From positions 523,298 through 587,297 of the forward strand of contig OW818670.1 of the NCBI GenBank assembly GCA_942493215.1: 64,000 nucleotides of DNA, read 5' to 3'. Origin of the DNA: an uncultured Bacillota bacterium (GTDB lineage: Bacteria > Bacillota_I > Bacilli_A > RF39 > UBA660). The position numbers were made by a program, and so were the translations under genes. Of the stretch, positions 20,397-31,600 are shown in pieces; position 1 is the stretch's first letter, and each line of letters opens with the position of its first letter. The notes beneath the pieces are model-generated. The model saw only the letters and a program-made list of their open reading frames with translations. It was not told the origin of the DNA and searched no databases.

Positions 20397-21078
20397 TGAA
20401 TTACTTAAAGATAATCTTACTATTACATCAACGCAATTAGAGCAATTAGGGCAATATTATCAATTATTGATTACTTGGAATGAAAAAATAAATTTAACAA
20501 CTATTGTTGAAAAAGATAGTGTTTATTTAAAACACTTTTATGATAGTTTAATGCTTATTAAGATTATTGATTTAAATAATATAACAACTCTATGTGATGT
20601 TGGAACAGGAGCGGGATTTCCTGGGCTAGTTTTAAAAATATTATTTCCTCATCTGCATATAACTCTTGTTGATTCTATGCAAAAAAGAACGTTATTTCTT
20701 AATGATGTCATTAATAAGTTAGGATTAAAAGATGTTAAATTAGAAAATATAAGAGCTGAAGATTTTGCAAAAACAACAAGAGAACAATATGATGTAGTAA
20801 CTGCTAGAGCGGTTGCTAAGTTAAACATTTTATTAGAATATTGTACGCCTTTAGTTAAGGTAGAAGGTTGTTTTATTCCTTTAAAGGGTAATGTTGATGA
20901 AGAAATAAAAGACATTGTTTATCCTTTAAAAGAATTATCACTTAAAATGGAAGATGTCATTAAATTTCATCTCCCATATGAGAATAGTGAGAGGACCCTA
21001 ATTAGATTTAGAAAAGAACAAATAACTAATAAAAAATATCCTCGTAGTTATAAGGATATGCTAAAAAAGCCATTATAG
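20374..21078 (+). CDS. rsmG: 16S rRNA (guanine527-N7)-methyltransferase
   Basis: 234 aa. SAM motif DVGTGAGFPG. Overlaps the mnmG 3' end by 23 nt and has AAGGAG ahead of its ATG. Confidence 0.9.
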   Translation: MTETQFVNELLKDNLTITSTQLEQLGQYYQLLITWNEKINLTTIVEKDSVYLKHFYDSLMLIKIIDLNNITTLCDVGTGAGFPGLVLKILFPHLHITLVDSMQKRTLFLNDVINKLGLKDVKLENIRAEDFAKTTREQYDVVTARAVAKLNILLEYCTPLVKVEGCFIPLKGNVDEEIKDIVYPLKELSLKMEDVIKFHLPYENSERTLIRFRKEQITNKKYPRSYKDMLKKPL

Positions 21079-21087
21079 GAGGTTAAA

Positions 21088-21921
21088 ATGGAATATTCAC
21101 CAACTAAAATTCAGCATCTTTTAGAACAACATAATTTTAATATTAAAAAGAAATTTGGTCAGAATTTTATTGTTGATGAAAATATCATTAATAATATTAT
21201 TAGTAAGGCCAATATTGATAATAATACTTTAGTTATTGAAATTGGTCCAGGGATTGGATCATTAACTAATAAATTGGCCCTAAAAGCTAAAAAAGTACTA
21301 TGTTATGAGATAGATACAACCTTAAAACCATTTCTTGATGATATTGTTAATGAATATAGTAATGTTGAAATAATATATGATGATTTTTTAAAGGTGGATA
21401 TTAACCGAGATATTGATCAAAACCAATGCGAGAAAATATATGTGGTTGCTAATTTACCATATTATATAACTACACCCATATTAGTTAAATTAATTGAAAG
21501 TAATATACCAATTAATAAAATAATTATAATGGTACAAAAAGAAGTAGGAGATCGTTTTAAAGCTGAACCTGGTAGTAAAGATTATAGTTCTTTATCAGTC
21601 TTTTTAAGTTATTATTATGATATTAAAAAGATTATTGATGTCAGTCGTAATGTCTTCTTACCTAAACCCAATGTTGATAGTATTGTTTTAGAGTTCACTA
21701 AAAAAGAACATTTAATTAATCTAAAGAATAAAGAATTATTTTTTAAATTAGTTAGAGATAGCTTTAAACATAAACGTAAAAATATTAGAAATAATCTAAT
21801 GGATTATGATCTAAAGGCTGTTGAAATAGTCTTAAAAGAACATCATTTTGATTTGACAGTGAGAGCTGAACAATTATCCCTTGCTATTTTTATTGCTATA
21901 GCTAATACTTTAGAAAAATAA
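21088..21921 (+). CDS. rsmA: 16S rRNA (adenine1518/1519-N6)-dimethyltransferase
   Basis: 277 aa. FGQNF, EIGPGIG, NLPYYITTPIL. Confidence 0.9.
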   Translation: MEYSPTKIQHLLEQHNFNIKKKFGQNFIVDENIINNIISKANIDNNTLVIEIGPGIGSLTNKLALKAKKVLCYEIDTTLKPFLDDIVNEYSNVEIIYDDFLKVDINRDIDQNQCEKIYVVANLPYYITTPILVKLIESNIPINKIIIMVQKEVGDRFKAEPGSKDYSSLSVFLSYYYDIKKIIDVSRNVFLPKPNVDSIVLEFTKKEHLINLKNKELFFKLVRDSFKHKRKNIRNNLMDYDLKAVEIVLKEHHFDLTVRAEQLSLAIFIAIANTLEK

Positions 21922-21985
21922 CAATTTGTAATTTTTAATAAATTGTGCTAGAATATTTGCTACTTTAAGCAAAGGGGTAATATAA

Positions 21986-23281
21986 ATGAATACTAAAAAG
22001 ATAATTATTATTACATTTGGGGTTATTTTATTTATTGTAGCCATGTTTTTAACGGTCAAAAAGGATCAGAAAAATGTAAGCAGTAATAATAGTAATAATT
22101 ATGGTAACAGCAATAACAATAATTATGATAGTAGTATACCAGTAATGGGTCTAAATATTGGTTTAGATGTGTTGGAAATGAATATTGGTCAAACGACTAA
22201 ACTAAATTATAAAATGGATCCTATTAATGCTAGTAATCCTTCTTTAGAATGGAAAAGTAGTAATATCAATATTGTTAAAGTTGATAATAATGGTAATATT
22301 ACAGCCATTTCAGCCGGTGATGCTATTATAACAATTACATCTTTATTATCAAAAGTAAGTGATAATTGTCATATAACAGTCATAGATTATAAAATTACAG
22401 GTATATCTTTATCAGTAACAAATTTAACGTTAAAAAAAGGTGATAAATACCAAATTAATCCTATTTTAACACCGGTAAAAGCCAATAAAGATTATTTAGT
22501 ATATACTTCTAATAATAGTACCATTGTATCAGTTACAAAAACAGGAGAAATAACAGCACTTAATTATGGAACAGCTATCATTAATGTTCAATCAGGTAAT
22601 ATAGTTAAGAGTATAAATGTAAATATACCTATTACTAATCTTAATCCTAGTTGTCCCAATAATTCTTACTATTTATCTGCTGATAATACTTTATGTATTC
22701 AATCAACTAAACAACCAAGTTGTTCAACGGGATATCGCTATGATGATAGATTAAAATCTTGTATTCAAGTAGCTAATCCGGTTTGTCCAACCGGTACGAT
22801 CTATTCTGGTGATGGTATTTGTAAACAAACAAAAACAGTTAATCCCGTATGTAATCAGGGTTCGTATAATAGTAAAACAAAAAAATGTCTTATTAAGACA
22901 ACACCACACTGCACTAAAGGTGTATTTAATTCAAAAAAGAATAAATGTGTTGATGGTAATACTTTAACAAGTATAAAATGCTATACTGGAACATATAATT
23001 CAGCAACTAAAACGTGTAATAAATATGTAAGTTTTTCTTGTCCAAGCGGCTATAGTATTAATAAGAAAAAAGGAACATGTGAAATAACAATCAAGAAAAA
23101 TGCTTGTCCAATTGGAATGAGTTATGATAAAAATTTAACTAAATGTGTTCAAAAAATTACTCCAAAATGTGCTCAGGGATCTAATTTAGAAACGAATGGT
23201 TATTGTACAGGTATTAGTACTGTTAATGCAACTTGTCCAAGCGGTTATAGTTTGGTTAAAGGAAGCTGTTTAATAAATTAA
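21986..23281 (+). CDS. Membrane-anchored surface protein: N/S-rich linker, two Big_2 Ig-like domains, ten tandem Cys2 repeats of about 20 aa
   Basis: 431 aa. N-terminal signal anchor. Big_2-like blocks (VKVDNNGNITAISAGDAIITI and ITALNYGTAIINVQ). C-terminal repeats follow the pattern C-x2-G-x-Y-x6-C-x7. Confidence 0.6.
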   Translation: MNTKKIIIITFGVILFIVAMFLTVKKDQKNVSSNNSNNYGNSNNNNYDSSIPVMGLNIGLDVLEMNIGQTTKLNYKMDPINASNPSLEWKSSNINIVKVDNNGNITAISAGDAIITITSLLSKVSDNCHITVIDYKITGISLSVTNLTLKKGDKYQINPILTPVKANKDYLVYTSNNSTIVSVTKTGEITALNYGTAIINVQSGNIVKSINVNIPITNLNPSCPNNSYYLSADNTLCIQSTKQPSCSTGYRYDDRLKSCIQVANPVCPTGTIYSGDGICKQTKTVNPVCNQGSYNSKTKKCLIKTTPHCTKGVFNSKKNKCVDGNTLTSIKCYTGTYNSATKTCNKYVSFSCPSGYSINKKKGTCEITIKKNACPIGMSYDKNLTKCVQKITPKCAQGSNLETNGYCTGISTVNATCPSGYSLVKGSCLIN

Positions 23282-23310
23282 AGAGTGTTGTAAAAACATT
23301 CTTTTCTTTT
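23282..23310 (+). terminator. Terminator after the Cys-repeat protein gene
   Basis: AGAGTGTT-gtaaa-AACATTCT followed by TTTCTTTT. Confidence 0.5.
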
Positions 23311-23333
23311 GTCAAAGGAGGAATAATAATATT

Positions 23334-24599
23334 TTGCAAATTATTGGTATTGTTGAAGTATTTATTATTTTAATAACAGGATTATACTTTACTTTTAGAT
23401 TAAATTTTTTACAATTTAATTTCTACAAATTATTAAAAAAAAATAATCATCAAAAAAACATATCCAATTATTCCCCTGTATCTATATTATTAATGGTTTT
23501 AGGAGGAAGAATAGGGGTTGGAAGTATTGCAGGTGTTGCGCTTGCTATCTATTTAGGAGGACCAGGTAGCATATTTTGGCTCCTATTTTCAGCTCTTATT
23601 ACCGCCATTTTATCTTATGTTGAAACTATTATGGGTCATCTTTATAAAGAAAAAGAAAATGATCTTTATTATGGTGGCCCTAGTTATTATTTAGAAAAGG
23701 GATTAAATAAAAGAATATTAGGTATTGTATACTCTATATTAGTTATTATTTGTTATGTTTGGGGCTTTGTTAGTATTCAGGCTAATACAATCGTGAAGTC
23801 AATTAAAGAAATAATAAATGTTGATACATTAACCATCGCGATTATTCTAGGACTAATTACTTTTTATATCATTTATGGTGGTTTAAAAAAGATAATTAAA
23901 GTAACTAACATTTTAGTTATTGTTATGATGTTTTTATATTTTGGTTTAACTATTAATGTAATAATTACTCATGTTAAAGAAATACCTTCTCTTTTTTCTT
24001 TAATAATTAATTCGGCTTTTAATAGTAAGGCAATAATAAGTGGCATCATATCATCAATGATAATTGGTATTCAAAGAGGAATTTTTGCTAACGAAGCTGG
24101 ACTTGGAACCGGAAGTATCGCTACGTCAATTATTGATTCTAGTAATATGGAAAGGCAAGGATATTTACAAATAATCGGAGTCTATATTACAACTTTTATG
24201 GTCTGTCTAGCTACCGCCCTAATTATTCTTACTTCAAATTACAACTATCTTGTTTTTAAAGATCTAAACGGTATTGAAATAGTTCAATATGCTTATTTAT
24301 ATCATTTTGGTAATGGAGGAAATATTATTCTTTTCTTGTTTGTCTTCCTTTTTGCTTTTTCAACCATTATAACTTGTTATTATTATGGCGAAGCAAGTTT
24401 ACGCTATATTTTAGGAAAAACTAATAAAAGATTAAACTTTATATTAAAAATTATAACTAGTTTGCTTGTTATATTAGGGTGTCTGGTATCGGCTGATGTC
24501 TTGTGGAAAACAGTCGATTTATTTACCTGTACCCTTGTCTTAATAAATATTTATGCTTTAATTAAACTACGGACCAAATTATTATCTCATTTTAACTAA
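23334..24599 (+). CDS. Alanine/glycine:cation symporter (AGCS family) transporter
   Basis: 421 aa polytopic protein with the GGPGSIFWL motif, matching the AGCS GGPGAxFWMW signature. TTG start. A putative AGGAGG RBS lies 12 nt upstream. Confidence 0.65.
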   Translation: MQIIGIVEVFIILITGLYFTFRLNFLQFNFYKLLKKNNHQKNISNYSPVSILLMVLGGRIGVGSIAGVALAIYLGGPGSIFWLLFSALITAILSYVETIMGHLYKEKENDLYYGGPSYYLEKGLNKRILGIVYSILVIICYVWGFVSIQANTIVKSIKEIINVDTLTIAIILGLITFYIIYGGLKKIIKVTNILVIVMMFLYFGLTINVIITHVKEIPSLFSLIINSAFNSKAIISGIISSMIIGIQRGIFANEAGLGTGSIATSIIDSSNMERQGYLQIIGVYITTFMVCLATALIILTSNYNYLVFKDLNGIEIVQYAYLYHFGNGGNIILFLFVFLFAFSTIITCYYYGEASLRYILGKTNKRLNFILKIITSLLVILGCLVSADVLWKTVDLFTCTLVLINIYALIKLRTKLLSHFN

Positions 24600-24634
24600 A
24601 AATATGATAAAATAATTAAAAGAAGAGTGAGATA

Positions 24635-25285
24635 ATGATAAACAAAAAGTGGGACATAATATTAGATGAAGAATTTGACAAAGAATATTTTAAAAAGTTA
24701 GGTATATTTGTCAAATCACAATATCAATCAAGAACTGTTTATCCCCAATATAAAGATATCTTTAATGCATTGAGATATACTGATTATGATGAAGTAAAAG
24801 TAGTTATTTTAGGGCAAGACCCTTATCATGGTGAAGGGGAAGCACAAGGCTTATCATTCTCTGTTCCAGAAGGGATAAGCTGGCCACCTTCTTTACAAAA
24901 TATTTTTAAAGAACTAAAAAGTGATTTAAATATTGAAAAAAAAGAAAGTGATTTGTCTGGGTGGGCTAAACAAGGAGTATTGCTGTTAAATGCCATTATG
25001 ACGGTTGAAAAAGATAAGCCTTTATCTCATAAAGATAAGGGTTGGGAAATATTTACTGATAATATTATTAAAAAATTAAGTGAGCGAAAAGAACCAATGG
25101 TTTTTATATTATGGGGTAATTATGCCCGTAGTAAAAAAGAACTAATTGATATTAAAAAACATTTTGTTATTGAAAGTGTTCACCCATCACCATTATCAGC
25201 TAGCCGTGGCTTCTTTGGCAGTAAACCATTCTCACAAACAAACAAATATTTAGAGCAATTAGGATATGAAAAAATAAATTGGTAA
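24635..25285 (+). CDS. ung: Uracil-DNA glycosylase (family 1)
   Basis: 216 aa. GQDPYHG water-activating loop and HPSPLS motif. Confidence 0.9.
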   Translation: MINKKWDIILDEEFDKEYFKKLGIFVKSQYQSRTVYPQYKDIFNALRYTDYDEVKVVILGQDPYHGEGEAQGLSFSVPEGISWPPSLQNIFKELKSDLNIEKKESDLSGWAKQGVLLLNAIMTVEKDKPLSHKDKGWEIFTDNIIKKLSERKEPMVFILWGNYARSKKELIDIKKHFVIESVHPSPLSASRGFFGSKPFSQTNKYLEQLGYEKINW

Positions 25286-25297
25286 AGAGGGATTATA

Positions 25298-26623
25298 ATG
25301 GAAAATGTTTATGAATATTTAACAAAAGAATTAAATATTAAATATGGTGATAGCATTGTTGTAGGTGTGTCTGGTGGACCAGATTCTATGTGCTTATTGC
25401 ATCTCCTAATTCGTTTAAAGAAAGTTTTAGATATCGAAGTAATATGCGCTCATGTTAATCATAATGTGCGGCCAGAAAGTGTTGACGAGAGAGTTTTTGT
25501 CCACAATTTTTGTTTAGCTAATAATATTATTTTTGAATCAATGGTTATTGAAGATTATGGTGATGATAATTTTCATAATGAAGCGAGAACCAAACGATAT
25601 AATTATTTTTCTACTATTGTTAAAAAATACCACGCTAAATACTTATTAACAGCGCATCATGCTGATGATTTAATGGAAACAATTTTAATGCGTATTGTTA
25701 GAGGGTCAACCTTAAGGGGATACAGTGGATTTTCTAAAGTGGTTGATATGGGGGATTATCAAATTATTCGTCCCCTTATTAATGTTACTAAAGATGATAT
25801 TATGAAATATAATAAAGAGAATAATATATCGTTTGTAGAAGATAAATCTAATTATAAGGATGTCTATACTCGTAATCGGTTTCGTAAATACATTGTTCCT
25901 GAATTTAGAAAAGAAGATCCCAGTGTTTATCAAAAATTCTATAAATTTAGTTTAACTTTATTAGAATACAATAATTATATGGATCAACAAGTTAAGAAGA
26001 TTATTAAACGTATTTATCCCCAAGGAGTATTAAACATTGAGTTGTTTCTTAAAGAAGATCACTTAATTCAAATGAAAATAATATATTATATTTTAGAATA
26101 TATTTATCAAGATGATTTAATGTTAGTTACCGATACTCATGCCCAATTAATATATAATCTTATTTTATCTAAAAAAGCTAATGTTAAATTATTCTTACCT
26201 AATAATGTTAAAGCTATAAAAGCCTATAATACTTTAACTTTAGTCAAAGATAATCAAAATAGTGATGAATATGAAATTCAAATAACGGACTTTGTTAACT
26301 TACCTAATGGTAAAAATATTCAGACGATTAAAAGAAGTGCCGATGACAGTAACAATATTTGTCGTTTAGATAGTAGAGAGGTAAAACTTCCTCTTCATGT
26401 TCGAAATCGCCAAAATGGTGATAAAATGACCATTAAAGGAATGATTGGTAATCGCAAAATTAATGACATATTCATTGATGATAAAATTCCACTTGAAGAA
26501 AGAAAAGCCTGGCCTATCGTTATGGACTCTAATGGAATAATTGTTTGGCTACCAGGTTTAAAAAAATCAAAATTTAGTAAAACAAAATCTGAAAAGTATG
26601 ATATAATACTAAAGTATTATTAA
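25298..26623 (+). CDS. tilS: tRNA(Ile)-lysidine synthetase
   Basis: 441 aa. PP-loop SGGPDS. Conserved tilS-ftsH linkage. Confidence 0.85.
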   Translation: MENVYEYLTKELNIKYGDSIVVGVSGGPDSMCLLHLLIRLKKVLDIEVICAHVNHNVRPESVDERVFVHNFCLANNIIFESMVIEDYGDDNFHNEARTKRYNYFSTIVKKYHAKYLLTAHHADDLMETILMRIVRGSTLRGYSGFSKVVDMGDYQIIRPLINVTKDDIMKYNKENNISFVEDKSNYKDVYTRNRFRKYIVPEFRKEDPSVYQKFYKFSLTLLEYNNYMDQQVKKIIKRIYPQGVLNIELFLKEDHLIQMKIIYYILEYIYQDDLMLVTDTHAQLIYNLILSKKANVKLFLPNNVKAIKAYNTLTLVKDNQNSDEYEIQITDFVNLPNGKNIQTIKRSADDSNNICRLDSREVKLPLHVRNRQNGDKMTIKGMIGNRKINDIFIDDKIPLEERKAWPIVMDSNGIIVWLPGLKKSKFSKTKSEKYDIILKYY

Positions 26624-26634
26624 GGAGGAATGCC

Positions 26635-28491
26635 ATGAATAAGAAAAATATGAGAAAAGGAGTCGTACCTTATATATTTTTATTCGTATTTATAATCGCA
26701 ATTGTTTTTCTTTTTGAAACATTAAATCAAAAAGTAAATGTTTTAAATTATAATCAATTTATTAAAATGCTTGATAACGAGGAAATCACTGAATTAATGA
26801 TTACTCCTAATCAAAATGCAGGAACATTTGAAATGACTGGTCGTATTAAAAGTTATAATGAAAATGAAAGCTTTTTTGTTAAAATACCTGATTCTGATCA
26901 GTTAATAAATAGTATTTTAATTAAAGTAGATACGCAAGATATCAAGGTATTAACTAAAAATGACCCATCATCAAGTAGTTTAGTCTTCTTGTTAAATATG
27001 TTACCAACTCTATTATTAATTGGAGCTGCTTTCTATTTTTTAACTAAACAATTATCTGGTGGAGCAGCTAAATCAATGGATTTTGGTAAGAGTAGAGCTC
27101 AACTAAATGTTACTAATAAAAAGATTACTTTTGATCAAGTAGCAGGATTACCTGAAGAAAAAGAAGAGGTTCAAGAGTTAATTGATTTCTTAAAGAATCC
27201 TAAAAAATTTCAAAAAATGGGAGCTAGAATACCTAAAGGTGTATTATTAGTAGGTCCTCCAGGAACAGGTAAAACTTTATTAGCGCGAGCTGTAGCAGGT
27301 GAAGCTAATGTTCCATTCTATTTTATTAGTGGATCAGACTTTGTTGAGTTATTTGTTGGTGTTGGTGCTAGCCGTGTCAGAGACATGTTTAAGCAAGCTA
27401 AAGGTAATGCTCCATGTTTAATATTTATTGATGAAATAGATGCAGTAGGTCGTCAACGTGGTGCTGGTTTAGGTGGTGGACACGATGAACGTGAACAAAC
27501 TTTAAATCAATTATTAACCGAGATGGATGGCTTTGGTGCTAATGAAGGAATTATTATTATCGCTGCTACTAACCGTCCTGATGTATTGGATCCGGCTTTA
27601 TTAAGACCGGGCCGATTTGATCGACAAATTACGGTTAATTTACCAGATATTAATGCCAGAGAAGAGATATTATTAGTTCATGCTAAGGGTAAAACATTCG
27701 ATAATAGTGTTAATCTTAAAAATATAGCTAGAAGAACAGTTGGCTTTAGTGGAGCTGATTTAGAGAACCTATTAAATGAAGCCGCTTTATTAACAGTAAG
27801 ACGCAATAAACCAGCTATTACGATGTCAGAAATAGATGAAGCTCATGATCGTGTCCTTATGGGACCAGCTAAAAAATCTAAAAGGTATACCGATACGGAA
27901 AAAAGATTAGTAGCATATCATGAAGCTGGACACGCTGTTGTTGGTATTAAATTAGATGGTGCTAATGATGTTCAAAAAATAACTATTATTCCACGTGGTA
28001 ATACTGGTGGTTATAACTTAATGTTACCTAAAGAAGAAACCTTCTTATCAACTAAAAAAGAATTATTAGAATCAATTAGTGGACTACTTGGTGGTCGGGT
28101 TGCTGAAGAAATTGAATTTAATGAAGTAACAACCGGAGCTCATAATGATTTTGAGCATGCTACTAAAATAGCCCGGGCTATGGTAACAGAATATGGTATG
28201 AGTAAATTAGGACCTATTCAGTTAGAACATCAAGAATCAAGTGTTTTCTTAGGACGTGATTATAATAAGAGTCGCAATTTCTCCAGTCAAGTAGCTTATG
28301 AAATTGATGTTGAAATACGTGATATTATTGACAAACAATATAAGATAGCACAAAAAATAATTAAAGAAAATCGTGATTTATTAGATTTAATTGCTAAAAC
28401 GTTAATTGAATATGAAACGCTTACTAAAGAGCAAATAGATTATTTATCTGAACATGGTGAGTTACCAGAAGAGATTAAAAGTAGCAATTAA
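26635..28491 (+). CDS. ftsH: ATP-dependent zinc metalloprotease FtsH
   Basis: 618 aa. Two N-terminal TMs, AAA Walker [17 protein letters not shown] zinc site. Confidence 0.95.
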   Translation: MNKKNMRKGVVPYIFLFVFIIAIVFLFETLNQKVNVLNYNQFIKMLDNEEITELMITPNQNAGTFEMTGRIKSYNENESFFVKIPDSDQLINSILIKVDTQDIKVLTKNDPSSSSLVFLLNMLPTLLLIGAAFYFLTKQLSGGAAKSMDFGKSRAQLNVTNKKITFDQVAGLPEEKEEVQELIDFLKNPKKFQKMGARIPKGVLLVGPPGTGKTLLARAVAGEANVPFYFISGSDFVELFVGVGASRVRDMFKQAKGNAPCLIFIDEIDAVGRQRGAGLGGGHDEREQTLNQLLTEMDGFGANEGIIIIAATNRPDVLDPALLRPGRFDRQITVNLPDINAREEILLVHAKGKTFDNSVNLKNIARRTVGFSGADLENLLNEAALLTVRRNKPAITMSEIDEAHDRVLMGPAKKSKRYTDTEKRLVAYHEAGHAVVGIKLDGANDVQKITIIPRGNTGGYNLMLPKEETFLSTKKELLESISGLLGGRVAEEIEFNEVTTGAHNDFEHATKIARAMVTEYGMSKLGPIQLEHQESSVFLGRDYNKSRNFSSQVAYEIDVEIRDIIDKQYKIAQKIIKENRDLLDLIAKTLIEYETLTKEQIDYLSEHGELPEEIKSSN

Positions 28492-28667
28492 ATAGTAAGG
28501 CATTATTTTAATAAAAATATTTAGAAAAGACACCTAGATATACCTTAAAATGTTAGAGGTAAATATTGGGTGTCTTTTAAATTGATAAAACAACATAAAA
28601 ATTTAGATTGAAAAAAAATAAAATTTGTGGTAATATTGCATTAGAAATAGGAGTGTGTGTGTTTTGT

Positions 28668-31600
28668 ATGCAGGAAAAATACTTTAAAACTAGTCACTTA
28701 TTAATAATAACAATTGTCATCATGGTTATTACAGGAGTAGTTTGGTTTTTCTTATCCAATAGTCAAAAGGTACAAGAAATTGAAGTATCAAATGCTAATA
28801 TAGCGTTAAGTCCTGGGGAAATATTTGTTTTAAGGACAAATACCCAGCCTATTAGTAGTACGGATCTTGAATACGAATCATCTAATCCTAATATTGCAAG
28901 TATAAATGATTCAGGAATAATAACTGCTAATACGGCAGGAACAGTACAAATTACTGTTACATCTAGGCAAACAGGTGTATCAACCACTTGTGATTTAACC
29001 GTCTCTAATGATGTTTTAAAAGCTACGAGTGTGTCGTTTTCTAATAGTACATTATCTGTAGACAAAAACAGTAAACATCTATTAAAAATAGTAGTTAGTC
29101 CAACCGGAGCTAAGGTGCCTACTTTAACTTTTAGAAGTAGTGATTACAATATTGTAAGTGTTGATAGTTATGGATATATAACTGCCAATAATTATGGTCA
29201 AGCTACTATATATGCCGAAGGTGAAGTAAATGGTGTTCAAATTGTTACAACAACACAAGTAACAGTCACTAATAATGTAGATAGTCCTAATAATATAGTG
29301 CAAACTTTATCGTTAAGTGAAACATCTTTAACAATAAAAACAGGTGATAATCATCAATTATTTGCTAATAATAATCAACAAGTCAATTGGACTAGTAGTG
29401 ACAATAGTGTTGCTACGGTCGATAGTGCCGGAATTATTACAGCAATAAAACAAGGAAATATTAAAATAACCGCAACTACCACTGATAACAAATTAAGTGC
29501 TAGTTGTAATTTAAATGTTATAAATAATACTGTAAGTGTTACCGGTATAACATTAAATAGAACTGATGCTCAACTATATGTTGGTAATAGAATTACCTTA
29601 CAAGCTTCTGTAGCACCAAATAATGCTACAGAAAAAGGTATTAAATGGGAAAGTAGTGACAATAGTATTGCTACCGTTGATAGCTATGGCGTTGTTACGG
29701 GAATAAGCGAAGGAAATGTCGTTATTACTGTTATTACAGCCAGTGGTAATAAAACAGCTGTAAGTAATATAACTGTTAAACAAGCTCCACAAGCAGTAGC
29801 TAGTGTAAATGTAAACGGAATTTCTTTAGATAAAACTAATATTGAACTTGGTATAAACGGCACTTTAACTTTAGTAGCAACTATCAATCCTGCTAATGCT
29901 ACTAATAAAGATGTGACTTGGTCGAGTGGTAATACAGGTATTGCTACCGTTAATAATAACGGTTTAGTAACAGGCATAAAAGAAGGAACTACAACCATTA
30001 CTGTTACAACCAGAGATGGTGGTAAGACAGCAACTTGTACAGTTATAATTAAAAAATCACAAAGTACGGTTATAAGTCCTAGTAGTGTAACCTTAGATCA
30101 AAACAATGTAATAATTAGAGTTAACGAAATTTTAACTTTAAAACCAACCATAACACCAAATAATGCTAGTAATTTAGGTGTAACTTGGAAAAGTAGTAAT
30201 GGTGATGTTGCTTCAGTTGATAGTAGTGGTACTATAAAGGGAAATAAAGTTGGAACTGCAACTATTACGGTTACAACTAAAGATGGTGGCAAAAGCACTA
30301 CATGTAAGGTAACAGTTAAGAGTAGACTAGATACATCTATTGATGTAAGTCGTATAACTCTTGATAAAACTAATATTGAGTTAAATGTAAAAGGAAAAAT
30401 TAAATTAACTGCAACTATTAAGCCTGATAATGCTACTAATAAAGGTGTAAAATGGAGTAGTAGTGATAGTAAGGTAGCCAGTGTGGATAGTAATGGTAAT
30501 GTTACAGGTAAAAAAGCTGGTAAAGCAACTATTACTGTTATAACTAAAGATGGTGGTAAAAAGGCCACATGTGTAGTGGTTGTTAAAAAACAACAAAATC
30601 CTACTATAAATGTGAGTAGTGTAAGTTTAAATAAAACTAATATGCAAATTAACATTGGTCAAACTGGTACATTAGTTGCAACGACAATACCAAATAATGC
30701 AACCAATCAATCAGTAACATGGAAAAGTAGTAATGTTAAAGTCGCAACCGTTAATAAATATGGTTTTGTTACAGCCATAAAAGCCGGAACAACTGTTATT
30801 ACAGTTAAGACCAAAGATGGTGGCAAAACAGCGATTTGTACGGTAGTGGTTAAGGATCCAGCTAGTGAAATTGTAAAAGTAAAGAGCGTATCACTAGATA
30901 AAACAGAAGTTGGACTTTTACCAAATCAAACAATAACTTTAGTAGCAACTATTAATCCAAGTACAGCTACTAATAAAAATATAACATGGACAAGTAGTGA
31001 TAAAGATATTGCCTCAGTAGATAGTAGTGGTACAGTAAAAGGAAATAGAGTTGGAACAGCGACTATTACCGTTACAACCAAAGATGGTAAAAAGACGGCC
31101 AAATGTAAGATAACCGTTAAAAAATATGAAAATGGTAATATTAGTGTTAGTAGTATATCGTTAAATAAAGAAAAGATAACCATTGATACAGGAAAAACCT
31201 ATACTTTAAAACCAACTATTAAACCAGATAATGCTACAATTAAAGATGTAATATGGAGTAGTAATAACACAAGTGTTGCAACGGTTAATGAAAAAGGTGT
31301 TGTTACGGGTATAAAAGCCGGTAACGCAACTATTACCGCTACAACTAAAGATAGTGGTAAAAAAGATACTTGCAAAGTTGAGGTAAAAACAGCAATTGTA
31401 GCTGTTAGTGATGTAAGTTTAAATAAAACTAATATGCAAATAAACATTGGTGAGACAGCTACATTAGTAGCAGAAGTAATACCAACCAGTGCTACCAATC
31501 AATCGGTAACATGGACAAGTGATAATAGTAAAGTTGCCTCAGTTAATAAGTATGGTGTTGTTAAAGGTGTAAAAGCTGGAACAGCAACTATTACTGTTAA

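Noticed and set aside
28608-28667. TTG start at 28608 for the giant Big_2 gene
   Set aside because: It has no SD and lies upstream of the predicted extended -10 (TGTGGTAATAT, 28624-28636). ATG 28668 with GGAGTG is the better start.
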